From the IMG/VR virus record IMGVR_UViG_3300048672_000851, positions 1 to 64,000 of that record: DNA of 64,000 nucleotides. One strand, 5' to 3'. The position numbers and the translations under genes are program-made. Positions 35,833 through 48,400 of the stretch are shown piece by piece; position 1 is the stretch's first letter, and the number at the start of each line of letters is the position of its first letter. Source of the stretch: a virus. The notes under the pieces are model-generated. The model ran no database searches, had not been told where the DNA came from, and worked only from the letters and a program-made list of their open reading frames with translations.

Positions 35833-36288
35833 GTGGCAAAATCAGAAGGTACACACATGACTAATAGTAATATAGTCCTTGCAGAATTGCAACGGGATGA
35901 AGCCCTTTCTATCACTAAGATCCGTAAACCTGTTGGTTTATATAGCTGCATAGGCGAATCAGGTCGAGCCAAAGGCAAGCAAAACATGAGCGCTTTTTCA
36001 GTATTCAAAACATTCTCTGCTGTGGAATCCCTAGAGTTTTTCACTATGGCTGAACATAGGAACAGACTCACTAATTTAGTTGATGCTTTCTACATATCTG
36101 ACTATTCAGAATCAGAAGTAAAAAGATTCAGACAAGCAACTAAATCTCTCATTGAAAAAGACTGCATCAAACTAGTTTCTAAGAAAGAAAAAATATACAT
36201 GATTAATCCAAGATTAATTCTTGGTTCTTTTGAATGTATGGATGAGTTAATCAAGCAATACCAATCCTTAGACAGCAAGGAAAAATAA
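35833..36288 (+). CDS. RepL-like winged-helix DNA-binding protein, copy 2
   Basis: KSLIEKDCIKLV..KIYMINPRL signature. Confidence 0.55.
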   Translation: MAKSEGTHMTNSNIVLAELQRDEALSITKIRKPVGLYSCIGESGRAKGKQNMSAFSVFKTFSAVESLEFFTMAEHRNRLTNLVDAFYISDYSESEVKRFRQATKSLIEKDCIKLVSKKEKIYMINPRLILGSFECMDELIKQYQSLDSKEK

Positions 36289-37301
36289 TGAAATACACTA
36301 ACAAAACTAAAATGTCATTACCAATGGCATTATGGTTAGCTACTGAAACCTATGGTGGAAGTAATAACTTCGACAAAAAACAAATCAGCGTAACTACACT
36401 CTTACGTCCTCTTAAACAGTCTATTCTTGGTTTCCATACCAAAGTAACTGAAATTGACGTATTAGGTGTATTGGCTTCTCGCAAAGGTACTGCTGTACAC
36501 GATGCTATTGAGAAAACCCTTAAACAAACCAACATTTATAAAACAATGTTGAATTTGGGTTATTCTGAAGAAGAAGCTGCTGCTATTCGTGTTAACCCTT
36601 CACCAGAAGAACTACGTTTAAATCCAAACATTGTTCCTCTGTATTCTGAAATCCGTACTGATAAATTAGTCGGTGATTGGACAGTTTCAGGTGAATTTGA
36701 CTTAGTGGTTGATGGTGAAGTTCAAGACGTTAAAAATACCAAAGTGTACTCTTACACTAAAGGTAATAACGATGACAAATACATCAAACAGGGTAGTTGT
36801 TATCGTTGGTTAAATCCAACAATCATTACTAAAGACACAATGAAAATCCAATTCATTTTGGATGACTGGTCTTCTGTAATGGCTTTAAATAGCAAAAACT
36901 ATCCACCACATCAGTTAACAGAAAAGACATTTGATTTAATGTCTTATCATGCTACTGATAAGTTTGTACGAGATAAAATTGCAGATATTGAATATTACAT
37001 GCAGTTTGATCCAGATGAAGTAGAAGATCATCTACCACCGTGTACTGACGAAGACTTGTGGCGTTCTGAATCAGAATACAAGTACTACTCTACTATCGGT
37101 GCTATTCGTGCTACTAAAGCTGGATTTGACACTTTAGCTTCTGCAATGCTTTACATGCAGAATGAAAAAGCTGGTAAAGGTGAAGTACGTGAAATTAAAG
37201 GCCAAGTAAAAGGTTGCTTATACTGCAATGGCTTTGCTCGTTGTAAACAGAAGAACCAATACTTATTAGATGGCACTCTCATTCTTAAGGAACCAGTGTA
37301 A
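36288..37301 (+). CDS. PD-(D/E)xK Cas4-like exonuclease (N4 gp42-like)
   Basis: GTAVH, SGEFD..DVK, Q..Y; C-terminal Cys cluster. Confidence 0.85.
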   Translation: MKYTNKTKMSLPMALWLATETYGGSNNFDKKQISVTTLLRPLKQSILGFHTKVTEIDVLGVLASRKGTAVHDAIEKTLKQTNIYKTMLNLGYSEEEAAAIRVNPSPEELRLNPNIVPLYSEIRTDKLVGDWTVSGEFDLVVDGEVQDVKNTKVYSYTKGNNDDKYIKQGSCYRWLNPTIITKDTMKIQFILDDWSSVMALNSKNYPPHQLTEKTFDLMSYHATDKFVRDKIADIEYYMQFDPDEVEDHLPPCTDEDLWRSESEYKYYSTIGAIRATKAGFDTLASAMLYMQNEKAGKGEVREIKGQVKGCLYCNGFARCKQKNQYLLDGTLILKEPV

Positions 37302-37801
37302 TGACTTTATTTGACTACTTTATTGTTGGTGTAACTATCTTTGCTTTAATCGTAGATTTCTATTTCTTAAATAAATGGCACAACGATGCTATTAAAGAAA
37401 AAGAACTTTTACGTAAACATCTACACGATTATCGTGAAGAACACAGAAATGTTTTAAGACGTTTCGCTGAGTTAGAAGAAGTAGTAGATATTCACAGAAA
37501 TGTTATTACTTCTCAAGTAAACCAGAAATTTGCTATTTTACATAGCAAAGTTAATGGGATTGAAAAAGTGTTGTCTCCGACAACTGTTGTTGAAAAAGAC
37601 TCTGAATCAAAACCTCATTCAAAAGCTTCCTTTTCACCATTGCAAAAACGTATCATTAAACAGGCTTACCTAAAGGAAATCGCATCAGCAACACCTGATT
37701 TAGATTTCTTGGTTCGTGAACTTAATAAGCAACTTGGATTGAATAAATCTAAGCGTTCGTACCAAGGTTATTGGAGCCAAATTAAACATGAAAGATCTTA
37801 A
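37301..37801 (+). CDS. Membrane-anchored coiled-coil protein
   Basis: N-terminal transmembrane helix. Confidence 0.65.
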   Translation: MTLFDYFIVGVTIFALIVDFYFLNKWHNDAIKEKELLRKHLHDYREEHRNVLRRFAELEEVVDIHRNVITSQVNQKFAILHSKVNGIEKVLSPTTVVEKDSESKPHSKASFSPLQKRIIKQAYLKEIASATPDLDFLVRELNKQLGLNKSKRSYQGYWSQIKHERS

Positions 37802-39956
37802 AACAGTCCCCTATCATCCAATGTCAGAAATGCTGGTGGATGTCTTGTGTAAAAAAACACAACGACTGAACACCCAATTCTTCAGGGTACAGGTAGCCTA
37901 CTTCCTCGGTAAAATGGCTTCTATGATGCGCTGTAGCGTTCAATCGACTACCCGCAACACTATCCCTGTAAACGTCTATGCCATTAACCTAGCGCCTTCT
38001 GGCTCTGGTAAAGGCCATTCGACAAACATCATTGAACGGGAGATTATCAACGGGTTTCGGGATGCTTTCCTGTCTACGGTATTCGAGGAAATCAAGGATA
38101 TTAACCTTGCTACGATTGCCCTAGACCGTCATTCCAAGACGGGGAAAGACCAAGATGCGATCTTAAAGACTCTGCAAGGTGAGTATGTCAATGCGGGGAA
38201 TATGGCCTTCTCATTCGATAGCGCCACTCCTGCTGCAATCAAGCAACTACGCCATAAATTACTATTGGCTGGTGCTGGATCACTCTGTTTAGAGATTGAC
38301 GAAATTGGTTCTAACTTGATTGGTAACACCGATGTTCTGAACACCTTTATGGAGTTGTATGACATTGGAACCATCAAACAAAAGTTAACCAAAAACACCA
38401 ACGATAACACTCGTTCAGAAGAAATTGTAGGTAGTACACCAGCCAATACATTATGGTTCGGTACACCCGCTAAATTAATGGATGGAGCCAAAGTAGAAGA
38501 AACCTTAATGGAATTCTTTGAAACTGGCTTTGCTCGTCGTTGTATGGTGAGTTACACACGTAAAAACGAACGAATGAGAGATATGAGCAGTCAAGATATT
38601 ATTGACATGCTTAATGACCCTCAGTTAGCAGCATCCATTAGTTTACTTCACAATCACTTCACCAGCTTAGCTACTACAAATAACTTCAACAAAGTAATCA
38701 TTGTTCCTAATGATGTTGAAACTTTGCTAGTTGAGTATCATCAAATGTGCGAAAGCATTGCAGATGATATGAAAGAACATGAAGAAATTCGTAAAGCAGA
38801 AATTGCACATCGTTATTTCAAAGTGTTAAAGCTTGCTGGTATCTATGCATTTATTGATGGATCAAACGTAGTATCTGAAGACAACTTGTATGCAGCTATT
38901 CGTTTAGTTGAAGATTGTGGTGAATCATTTAAAGCATTGTTAAGTCGTGATCGAGCTTACGTTAAATTAGCAAAGTACATTGCTGATGTAGGTACTCAAG
39001 TCACTCATGCTGATATGGTTGAAGAATTACCTTTCTTTAAAGGTTCTCAAGCAGCTAAGCAAGAAATGATGACCTTAGCAATCGCATGGGGGTATAAAAA
39101 CAATATCATTATCAAGAAATCATTTGAAAGTGGTATTGAGTTCCTATCTGGTGAATCAATCAAAGAAACTGACATTAGTAAGATGTTAATTGCTTACAGT
39201 CGTGATTTAGTTGATAAGTATAGTCGTGCTGAAGTTAAATTCTTCGGTATGAAAAAGTTTTTGATGAACAATCATCTTCATTTCGTAAACCATGACTTAA
39301 AAGATGGCTATCGTGACGAAGATCACATCATTCCCGGATTCAACATGCTTATTCTGGATGTTGATGGAACTACTACAATCCAAACAGCACAATTGCTGTT
39401 AAAAGACTTGATGCATGTGATTTATACAACTAAATCGCATACACCTACTGACCATCGTTTCAGAATTCTACTTCCAATGAGCCATGTGTTAAAGCTGGAT
39501 TCAAAAGAGTACAAAGAATTCATGGACAACGTGTTTGAATGGTTGCCATTCCAAGTAGACACTCAAACTTCACAACGTTCGCGTAAGTGGAGAACTTGGA
39601 AAGGTGATTACTATGAAAACAAGCATGGTGAGTTGTTTAACGTATTGCCGTTTATTCCTAAAACAGCACAGAACGAAGAACGTAAGAAAGCAATTCTGGA
39701 TACTCAATCTCTGACTAATTTAGAGCGTTGGTTCATTCAGAAGACTGGTAACGGTAATCGTAACGGTCAATTGCTCAAATACGCTTTACTTTGTGTTGAC
39801 CAAGGGTATGATTACCACTCTACTCTGAAAGCTGTTCAACAGCTTAACGAGAAGTTGCAAGATCCAATTTCTGACCAAGAAATCCTGACTACCGTTATGG
39901 TAACTGCTGGTAAACGCATCTCTGAAAACCAAGATAAGGTAAACGATGAACAATAA
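37788..39956 (+). CDS. DNA primase with P-loop domain (N4 gp43-like)
   Basis: APSGSGKG, IDEIG, ILDVD, TTKSH, FRILLP, GNRN PriCT-type motif. Confidence 0.9.
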   Translation: MKDLKTVPYHPMSEMLVDVLCKKTQRLNTQFFRVQVAYFLGKMASMMRCSVQSTTRNTIPVNVYAINLAPSGSGKGHSTNIIEREIINGFRDAFLSTVFEEIKDINLATIALDRHSKTGKDQDAILKTLQGEYVNAGNMAFSFDSATPAAIKQLRHKLLLAGAGSLCLEIDEIGSNLIGNTDVLNTFMELYDIGTIKQKLTKNTNDNTRSEEIVGSTPANTLWFGTPAKLMDGAKVEETLMEFFETGFARRCMVSYTRKNERMRDMSSQDIIDMLNDPQLAASISLLHNHFTSLATTNNFNKVIIVPNDVETLLVEYHQMCESIADDMKEHEEIRKAEIAHRYFKVLKLAGIYAFIDGSNVVSEDNLYAAIRLVEDCGESFKALLSRDRAYVKLAKYIADVGTQVTHADMVEELPFFKGSQAAKQEMMTLAIAWGYKNNIIIKKSFESGIEFLSGESIKETDISKMLIAYSRDLVDKYSRAEVKFFGMKKFLMNNHLHFVNHDLKDGYRDEDHIIPGFNMLILDVDGTTTIQTAQLLLKDLMHVIYTTKSHTPTDHRFRILLPMSHVLKLDSKEYKEFMDNVFEWLPFQVDTQTSQRSRKWRTWKGDYYENKHGELFNVLPFIPKTAQNEERKKAILDTQSLTNLERWFIQKTGNGNRNGQLLKYALLCVDQGYDYHSTLKAVQQLNEKLQDPISDQEILTTVMVTAGKRISENQDKVNDEQ

Positions 39957-40683
39957 CATTATTCTTGTTAGTGGTTCCTCTGGCACTGGTAAATCCATGT
40001 GTCTTAGGAACTTAGAAGATCCTGAAGGTGTTTTGTATCTAAACTGTGAATCCAATAAAGGCTTGCCCTTCCAACGTGGTTCACTGTTCAAGAGTAAAAC
40101 CATTCAAGATCCATACAAGGTTTACGATTACTTGAACCAAGCTGTTCAACACTCAGGCAAGATTCATACAGTTGCTATTGATACTGTAACTATGCTTATG
40201 GATATGTTTGAATCCAAGTACGTATTAACTTCAGCTAACACTCAAAAAGCTTGGGGCGATTACGCTCAATACTTTATCTCATTAATGCAAGATTTCGTTG
40301 CTGCTATGCCACAACGTGTAATCATGTTAGGACACACTGCTGAAGTTCTTAATGAAGATAAGATTTCTCAAATCGTAGTTAAAGTAAAAGGTTCATTGAT
40401 GAACCGTGGTATTGAAGCTTATTTTTCTAATGTAATTTCAACTAAGCGTATGCCGCTGAAAAAGTTGGAACCATACATGAACAACAATCCGCTTCTTACT
40501 TTATCACCTAAAGAACAAGCTTTAGAGTTCAAACACGTTTTCCAAACCAATTTAACCAAAGATACGATTAATGAGCGTATTCGTGGCCCTGAAGAACCTC
40601 CAATGTGGTCTTTAGAAGAAACGTTCATTAACAACGACATTGAATTAGTCTTACAAAGACTGAAGAAATACTACGCTGTATAA
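39946..40683 (+). CDS. Sak4-like ATPase (N4 gp44-like)
   Basis: GSSGTGKS, AIDT, AWGDYAQY. Confidence 0.85.
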   Translation: MNNNIILVSGSSGTGKSMCLRNLEDPEGVLYLNCESNKGLPFQRGSLFKSKTIQDPYKVYDYLNQAVQHSGKIHTVAIDTVTMLMDMFESKYVLTSANTQKAWGDYAQYFISLMQDFVAAMPQRVIMLGHTAEVLNEDKISQIVVKVKGSLMNRGIEAYFSNVISTKRMPLKKLEPYMNNNPLLTLSPKEQALEFKHVFQTNLTKDTINERIRGPEEPPMWSLEETFINNDIELVLQRLKKYYAV

Positions 40684-40697
40684 CCGGAGATACAAAC

Positions 40698-41462
40698 ATG
40701 TCTTTACTTAAAAAATCTGCTGCCATTGGTAGCGATGTTAAAAACACGAAAGAACAAGACCGCTTAGGTGGTACTTCTGTCAAAGAAACTGATGTTTACG
40801 CTGCTACTATTGACTCCATGTACATGACCCAAGCTAAGTCAGGTGCAGTTGGTGTAGTACTGAACCTCAATTTCAAAGATGGCTCAAAGTTCTCTGAAAC
40901 TATGTATATCACCAACAAAAACGGTGAAAACACATACAAGAACAAAAGCACTGGTGAACTCGAATTACTTCCGGGTTTACTGATGTTGGATTCTCTGTCT
41001 CAGATGTTAATCGGCAAACCACTTGCTGATAATGATTCTGAAGAACGTAAACTGGACATTTACGATTATGAATCTAAAGCAACTCGTCCTACTGCTGTTG
41101 AATGTTTGGTTGATTTCTTCAAAAAAGAAGTTCAAGTTGCACTTGTCAAAGTACGTGCAAACAAACAAGTCAAAGGTGATGGTGGTTATGTTGATTCTCC
41201 TGATGAACGTTTCTTTAACCGTATCGAAAAGTTCTTCAATGCTGATGGTCAAACCAACACTGAACAGCAAGCCAAAGTTCCAGCTAATTTCATTAACCAA
41301 TGGTTAGAAAAGAACAAAGGCAAATTACGTGATGAATACAAGCAAGTTGCTGGTGTTCAATCAGGTGCTCCTGCTCAACGTAAGCCTATCACTCCACCAG
41401 CCACTCCTGCGGCTGCTGGTGCAGCTTCATCTGATGACGATGATCTGTTTGGTGAAGACTAA
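40698..41462 (+). CDS. ssb: Single-stranded DNA-binding protein (N4 gp45-like)
   Basis: DRLGG, SGAVGV, LPG, NRIEKFF, acidic DDDDLF tail; N4 synteny. Confidence 0.85.
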   Translation: MSLLKKSAAIGSDVKNTKEQDRLGGTSVKETDVYAATIDSMYMTQAKSGAVGVVLNLNFKDGSKFSETMYITNKNGENTYKNKSTGELELLPGLLMLDSLSQMLIGKPLADNDSEERKLDIYDYESKATRPTAVECLVDFFKKEVQVALVKVRANKQVKGDGGYVDSPDERFFNRIEKFFNADGQTNTEQQAKVPANFINQWLEKNKGKLRDEYKQVAGVQSGAPAQRKPITPPATPAAAGAASSDDDDLFGED

Positions 41463-41495
41463 TAGAAGGGGCTGTGCCCCTTCCTATGAGGTTCT

Positions 41496-42062
41496 ATGAG
41501 CATTATTAAAGTTGTCGGTCTTGATCCATCCATGAATAACTTTGGCATGGTAAAAGCCGATTTAAATTTAGATACTTTGGATCTAACTAACGTTGAACTT
41601 CTTCTTTCACAACCAGTAATTGAAGAAACTAAAACTGTTAGACAAAACTCCAAAGATTTAGAGAAGGCTAAACAGCATTGGGAGAAGCTACAATCGTTTA
41701 TCCCTGCTGAAGCTATTGTGTTCGTAGAAGTGCCAGTAGGAAGCCAATCAGCTAGAGCTATGGCTTCTTATGGTATGTGTATCGGTGTTCTAGGTTGTAT
41801 TTCTAACAATATGATCCAAGTAACACCACTTGAAGTTAAATTAGCTGCTGTTGGATCAAAAACTGCTACCAAAGCAGAAATGATCGAATGGGCAACTAAT
41901 AAATATTTGTCTGCAAAATGGTTGACTACAAAACGTAATGGTGTAATATCTTTTACAGACAAAAACGAGCATTTAGCTGATGCATTAGGTGCAATCCATG
42001 CAGGGCTAAAAACTCAAGAGTTTAAAACCCAACTATCATTCCGAAGGAAAACATCATGTTGA
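41496..42062 (+). CDS. RuvC-like Holliday junction resolvase
   Basis: GLDPS, VEVPVGSQSARAM, EHLADA. Confidence 0.88.
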   Translation: MSIIKVVGLDPSMNNFGMVKADLNLDTLDLTNVELLLSQPVIEETKTVRQNSKDLEKAKQHWEKLQSFIPAEAIVFVEVPVGSQSARAMASYGMCIGVLGCISNNMIQVTPLEVKLAAVGSKTATKAEMIEWATNKYLSAKWLTTKRNGVISFTDKNEHLADALGAIHAGLKTQEFKTQLSFRRKTSC

Positions 42063-42301
42063 AATTATCTTTAGACAAAACCGCTGTTGAAGTTGCTGTT
42101 CGTGCTCACTTGGCTGCCAAATTCCCAGCACTGGTTACTCCAGAAGCAAACATTGCAATCAAAATCGTTGTTGGCAAAGGCGAAGTAACTGGCGTTGACA
42201 TCGCAGTAGGCGAAACTGACGAAGATCTGTCTGCTTTCAATGCACCGAAGCCAGTTGTTAAGCGTGGCGGTCGTAAAGCGAAAGCCGCTGCTGCTGAGTA
42301 A
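42056..42301 (+). CDS. Hypothetical protein with basic tail
   Basis: AAGGA RBS. Confidence 0.7.
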   Translation: MLKLSLDKTAVEVAVRAHLAAKFPALVTPEANIAIKIVVGKGEVTGVDIAVGETDEDLSAFNAPKPVVKRGGRKAKAAAAE

Positions 42302-42306
42302 TCAGT

Positions 42307-42459
42307 ATGCAACGAATTAAGGCCGCATTTGCGGCCTTTTTTATTGCTATTGCATTTGTAGCTTGGCCTTTGTTCTTAACTGCAACCTGTGTTGGCATTA
42401 TATTTTATGTCATTTACAGATTAATCAGAGAAGAACAAAAGTCAAAAACTGAAGATTAG
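42307..42459 (+). CDS. Small membrane protein
   Basis: Read by hand: MQRIKAAFAAFFIAIAFVAWPLFLTATCVGIIFYVIYRLIREEQKSKTED*. Confidence 0.5.
   Translation: MQRIKAAFAAFFIAIAFVAWPLFLTATCVGIIFYVIYRLIREEQKSKTED
42319..42342 (+). terminator. Rho-independent terminator
   Basis: AAGGCCGC/GCGGCCTT plus T run. Confidence 0.7.
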
Positions 42460-42462
42460 CGG

Positions 42463-45400
42463 CTATTTGATAGCCGCTAGTGTTAGAGTTTCCCCAATTG
42501 CTGACAAGATAATCTCGATAGCATTAGTTAAACGGTTTAGTAAGTTTTCTAATGTCAGCATTGTATCGTATGGATCTTCAATATCCCCTAAACCATACTG
42601 GCTTACAGCAGAGAACAGTACAGTTAATGGTTTATCAATTGCCAATTTCACTAATACTTTCTGAGCACGTAAAATGTACTTAGTAAAGATCATAAAACCA
42701 ATCTTATTAAACATACTTATTAATGGGTGTGTAGCATAGTCATAGTCTACATAAGTTTCCATTACATCATCTAAGTTTTGTTTATCCTCCATCCCTTCCT
42801 CTTTATTGTGCATATAAAGAGCGTATCTAGCAGTAAAATCACCCATCTGAACCATCTTAAACATTAATTTGTAAAGACGAGTATCATGAGTCATTAAACC
42901 AGTCTTAACCAAATCAGTGATTACATCTGGAACTTTATCAGTTACATTTTTGAACTTATCCATCAATTCAGTAGAGTAACTAAACAAGTCATTCTCAGAA
43001 TCCATGTCTTCTACAACAGTCTGGAATACACCATTCTTAATTAAGAAGTGGACTGGATTAGAATGTACTACTCCTTCCAACTCTAGTTTACGTGATATGG
43101 CTTCCTTACGTTCTTCATCACTTAAATTTTTAGCTTCTAATTGTAAGTTTAACTGGTCAATTTCATGAACCATACGCATATACTGGTTCGTGTAGTTAAA
43201 CCCTTCAATCATTCTGGTAATAGTTTTTACTAAGCTGCCTGTTTTCATAGAAGTCAGCAATACGTTTGACATAATGTTTGCTAAACCAGTAACACCAGAT
43301 TTAACTACAATAATGTCTTTGGCCATACGCAACGCTTCATAAGTCATATCTTCGTAGCGCATAAATTTAGAATTACGAGCTAACTTATCCATTGACTCAG
43401 TAAATGCATTATTAAAACGTTTATGCATAGACTCAGTTAAGTCATTAACTCTCAGTTCTCTAAAACCAAATACATCATTAATGCTTCTGGCTCTGACATA
43501 CATACCTTCTTCACCCCAAGTATCTTTAATAGCTAATTGGGTATCGAAAGGTAATTTATGCCATAGTTCACGCATTTTAGGGTCAGTAGACTGTCTACCA
43601 ATAAACACATACTGTTTAAATTCACCTGCTCTATCTTTATACTTATCAAAATCCTTTTTAAGTGAATTAACAGCTAATCTGTTTAACAGTTTAGTGTTTA
43701 CCTTATCTTTAGAGTGAGCCATTGTAACGCCAATGGTTTCCGCAAATGAAGGTTGTAACTTCAATACATCCACTCTTGTTTTGTGCAGCATTTCATAACG
43801 GTAGTTAACTACTTTACCTTTATCAGTGTACACTGGGTTAGCTACGTTAACTTCCTTAGTAAAGTTACCTTTTAACTGTTCTTCAATTTCACGCATGGCA
43901 TTATCTTTGTAAGTTTTAATATCATTTTTACCAGTAATGAAATTTTGTACTGAACCAGTTCCATTTAAGTTAGCTACATCAATTAAATCAGTACCACTTG
44001 CTGTTTCAGAAGTGAACGACATAACACCAGCATTCAAGGTAGCTAAACCACCTACAGGATCAACCAATACATACATTTCTGTAGAATTAGGATCTAACGG
44101 GTCTTTAGGAATTGGATTTTCATAAACCAACTCTTTACCTTGTGCAACTAGTTGATCAACTTCATCCTGATTATGTGCAAAGATTAAGCTACGTTTAGGA
44201 TGCGTAATATCAGTTACATAACCTTTCTTAGTTTGGGTTTTATTATTACCAAACAAGAATTGATTAGAGTACTGAACAGATTTAGCTTGTAAAGCAACTG
44301 AGCCTTCAAAAGCTTCTCTGTTATTAGCAGCCAATTCACTAAGTTCTTTACGTTTACCAGAAAACTTCAGTGCATAAATAGAAGCCAATTCATCAATGAT
44401 TTTCTCAGCTAGCTTCTTATCACCATTAGTTTTACCAATACCCATTGTAGTTTTCAAACTAGCAATCAAGTAAGCATTGTTAGCAGAACAGTTAATTAAA
44501 TGCTTATCTGTTTGCATATAATGACCTAAACTTGAAGCATGTTCCTTGTAGTAATTAGCAATTTCTGGTTCAAAGTTGTCATCTAATTGTTTTTTCAACT
44601 CAACAATACGAGCATTCAAATTTTTATCTGACTCTATTAATTGAACCAGTTGATCAAATGTGTAATCTCCTTCGCGTACAAACCAACTCAAGTCAGATTT
44701 CATAACACCATAGTACAATGCTTCATCTGTAGCTTTGCTCAAGTTACCTTTAAACAAATCTTGTACTACAAACTTTTTAAGGTTAGTTCTTACGTTAATA
44801 CGCATAGCATCAATGTAACGTTGAGATACCTGACGCAAGTTATGCACTACACTAGTACGTTCATTTCTACCCTGAATTTCACGACCAGCAGCAGCTAAAA
44901 TAGCTTGTTCATCGTGAATCAGTTTACTCATTTGAGTATCAATTACTTCGCTAATAGATTTACTGTTAGCATGACCCAAGTGCATTAAAGATTTAGTCAA
45001 CTTATTCAGAATATAAACAGGGAATCCAGTAACAGTGTTTGGATTAGCGTTGTTAGTTGCAATTGCAACCTTTCTCATAGGTTCTGATGTTAAACTTCTC
45101 TTAATTGCATCTTTAGTTTTGTTATTTAAATCAAACTTACCTTCATAAGAAGAAATTGTATTTAACAAGTTCTTTTCTTGTGTTTGGGTCATTTGCTCCA
45201 TTAACTTCATAGCTTTCTGGTGAGCATTACTACCTTTAGGATTAGTAAAGTAATCTTGAATTACATTCATGTATTCAAAGATTCTACTAACTAACTCAAC
45301 TACAAAGTTACCTGCTTGTATTACAAAACTAGACTTAGCATTAGAAGGAGTAGGTTCATACTTCCTGCCTTTATTAAATGCAGCATTCAATTCTTTATTT

Positions 45401-48400
45401 GTTTCTAAGATACGAATAAAGTTTTGATTAGTTGCAACATGAGCTAAGAATTCAGAGAATCCGTTGTGCTTAGTCTCTTTTTCTTTTACACCTGTAATTG
45501 GGTTAGCCACAATACGAGTGCTTGATTCAGTGTTATAAAACACGTAATCATACATCTTTTGTGCATCTTCAATTTGTTCTTGAGTTGGGTTAGCAATCTT
45601 ATTGCCATTAGCATCAAACTCAATTAAGTCTTCTGGCTTAATGTGTTGACGAGCTAACTCATACAGGAAGCGTAAGCGTTCTGTATGCTTGTTCTTAAAG
45701 TCTACAAACGGTTCTAAGATGTGGTGGATCATCTCATGAGCGAATGTCTCAGCATCGCTCATACCACGCCGCATCAACGCTGGTACAGTCTTAAGCTTCA
45801 ATCGAGCCGTCTTAGTTTCTTCGGAGTAATCACCTCTAGTCCGGTCAGTACCCTTGGCCAATAGGACTGTTACTGGCTCCATGACTTTACCTACCTGCTC
45901 TATAACAGCCTTCAATCGCTCCATATGCTCAGTATTAGTTGGGGTAATATCTTGAGCCTGTAAGTCCTCTAAGGTCTGTAAAGTTTGATCTGTAGTGGTA
46001 AGAATCTTTGATCCAATAGTAGTAAATGTACCCATCTTATCCGCAGACGAACCCAGAGAATTCTTGATTTCTTCCTGAATGTTTAAGTAGTTATCTTGAG
46101 TTGAATCTAACTCAGGTCTATCAATTGCATTCTGCTCATACACGACACCAGATAAACCGTATTGACCAAATGAACCAATTTCGTCTATCAGCTTTTGTTT
46201 TACTTCTTTGTTGTCAATTCCTTTACTTGCTCTTGCATCAATGAGTGTCATTACATACTTAAGACCCTTTAAGCCACTAAAAACAACTTCATTGGTGCCA
46301 TAACCTTCCGACATTTCAAAGACGTTTTCTAAGTAATGCTTAGTCTTAGCATCAGCATTCTTTAAGTAATTAGACACAGCAAAACTAAAATCACTGGCCA
46401 TGTCATAAACACTTTCAGAAATACTGAACTTTTCATTCACTTCTTTAAAGATTTGGTTCATGCGAATAATAGCTGCTTCAGCATCTTTAGGAGCTACTAA
46501 TACAGCATCGTTCAAGTTATAGATGTTAAACTCAGCCATCATTTCACTGATAACAGCAGCATCTAAATTATGGATTAATACTGGAGCTACACCAATCTTG
46601 TTATTACCCCAAAACATTAAGTTATCCATTTCAGGAACAATTGGTGCTGATTTAACTTCACCAACAGTACCATTCTTATTAAACACTAATGGATTTAATG
46701 GATTAAAACTAATTTTACCTATGGTGTTTTTACCAAACAGTAATTCTCTTGGGTTAACTACCACATTCTGTAAACTGATGCCTTTACTATTAGCTGCTGC
46801 TTGCATTACGTTGCCAAAGTAACGAGCTAAGTAACCTTCTTTAAAACCATTGTTTTCTGCAATGTTAGCATCATTAACAAAACCAGACTTCTCCATCCAG
46901 TCTTCTCTATCAGAGTAAACTGGTTCAGAAGCGTAACCTTTGAAAGAAGGAACCATTTCTTTTATGGATTCCATAATTTCTTTGTGTGCTTCTTTAGACA
47001 CATGGTAAATACCTTGGTCTTTAACCTTGTTAAGATACTTACGTACTTCTACATGGTAAATAACACCAAATACTTCATTAATTTTATATACAACGTCGTT
47101 TACTGCACTACGAGCATTATGTAATTCAGGGAATGTCTCTTGCATAGTTGTATTAAGCAAGGAACCATAAGTAAACTGAATTGCAACAGCAAACTTATCA
47201 AATTGCTCTTGTGTGAGCATGAAAGTATTAGCGTGGTTAATGTCAGCTTTTAAATTAACATTCAAAATAGCAGACATATTGCTTAAATAAGCTTTGTATT
47301 GCTTACTGATTTCTGCACGTTCTTGCTGTGTATTTACTTCACTGTACTTGTCTTTAAACTTAGCCAGTTCACTATAGAAATTATCTACAGCTTCAGTAGC
47401 AAAGTTACGTGCAATAGAAGCTCTACCAGCATTGTAGTTCCATGTCATTAAAGGAGATTTAGCGTAGTTACGCCCAGCTTTAGTTACTTTACCTTCAGCA
47501 TCAACTAAATCACCTACTAATGTAGAAATTGCTTTTAGTTTTTCTTTGAACTTGTAATTCTTAGTTAGTTCTAAACTAACAAGGATTTCTTCTTCCTTAG
47601 TACGATTAGGTTTCTTGCTGATTTTATAAATGTCTTTAGCCAGCTTATTAATTTGTAAATCATCGCTAACCATATCATTAAGGTTCTTAGCGATTAACTG
47701 ATAACTATCCATTGCACCTTGGCCATAGTATTCAGCCAAATCACGAAATCCAGACAATACGCCAGTTCTGTTAAGCTGCTCTTTATAATCAGCAGTAATA
47801 CCTCTTACGTATTGAATCAAACTGAAAGCAAAACCGTTAGTTTTACCATCCACTTCTAATGTCAAATCAGAAGTAAATTTACCGTTACTACGTAAGCCTT
47901 GACGATAATTAGCTAATGCTTTTAAGCCAGCTAATAAATGTAGTTTGGTTCCATATTTTTCATTTAGAGCCAAAATAGATTTAATATTTACTACTTCGCC
48001 TTTAGACAAAGTATCGACTTCATCAAGAGCTTTTTGAACCAAATCTGATTCATAAATATCTTTAAACTCTTGTTTAATTCTTTCTGGACTCCATACGTCA
48101 ATCTTGCCATCAAAAGCAGCAACAACAGCATGTACAAAGAAGCCTAAGTTATTTACATCGTATTCTGTTTTCCAGTTAGCATTGCTGACTAACCAACGAT
48201 GCACTTTAGACTGCATAGTATCAATCTTGTTTGCAATACCGTATCGACGGTTAGCATAAGTAACATTTTCCAAGAAGAAAGTTTTTAAACCCATCTTCAT
48301 TAGATTTTTAAATGTTTGGATCTCTTGCTTAATACCATCACCAGCAGCTTCAGCACTTTCTTTAGCAGTAATATGACTCTTTTCAAATTTTACACCATGA

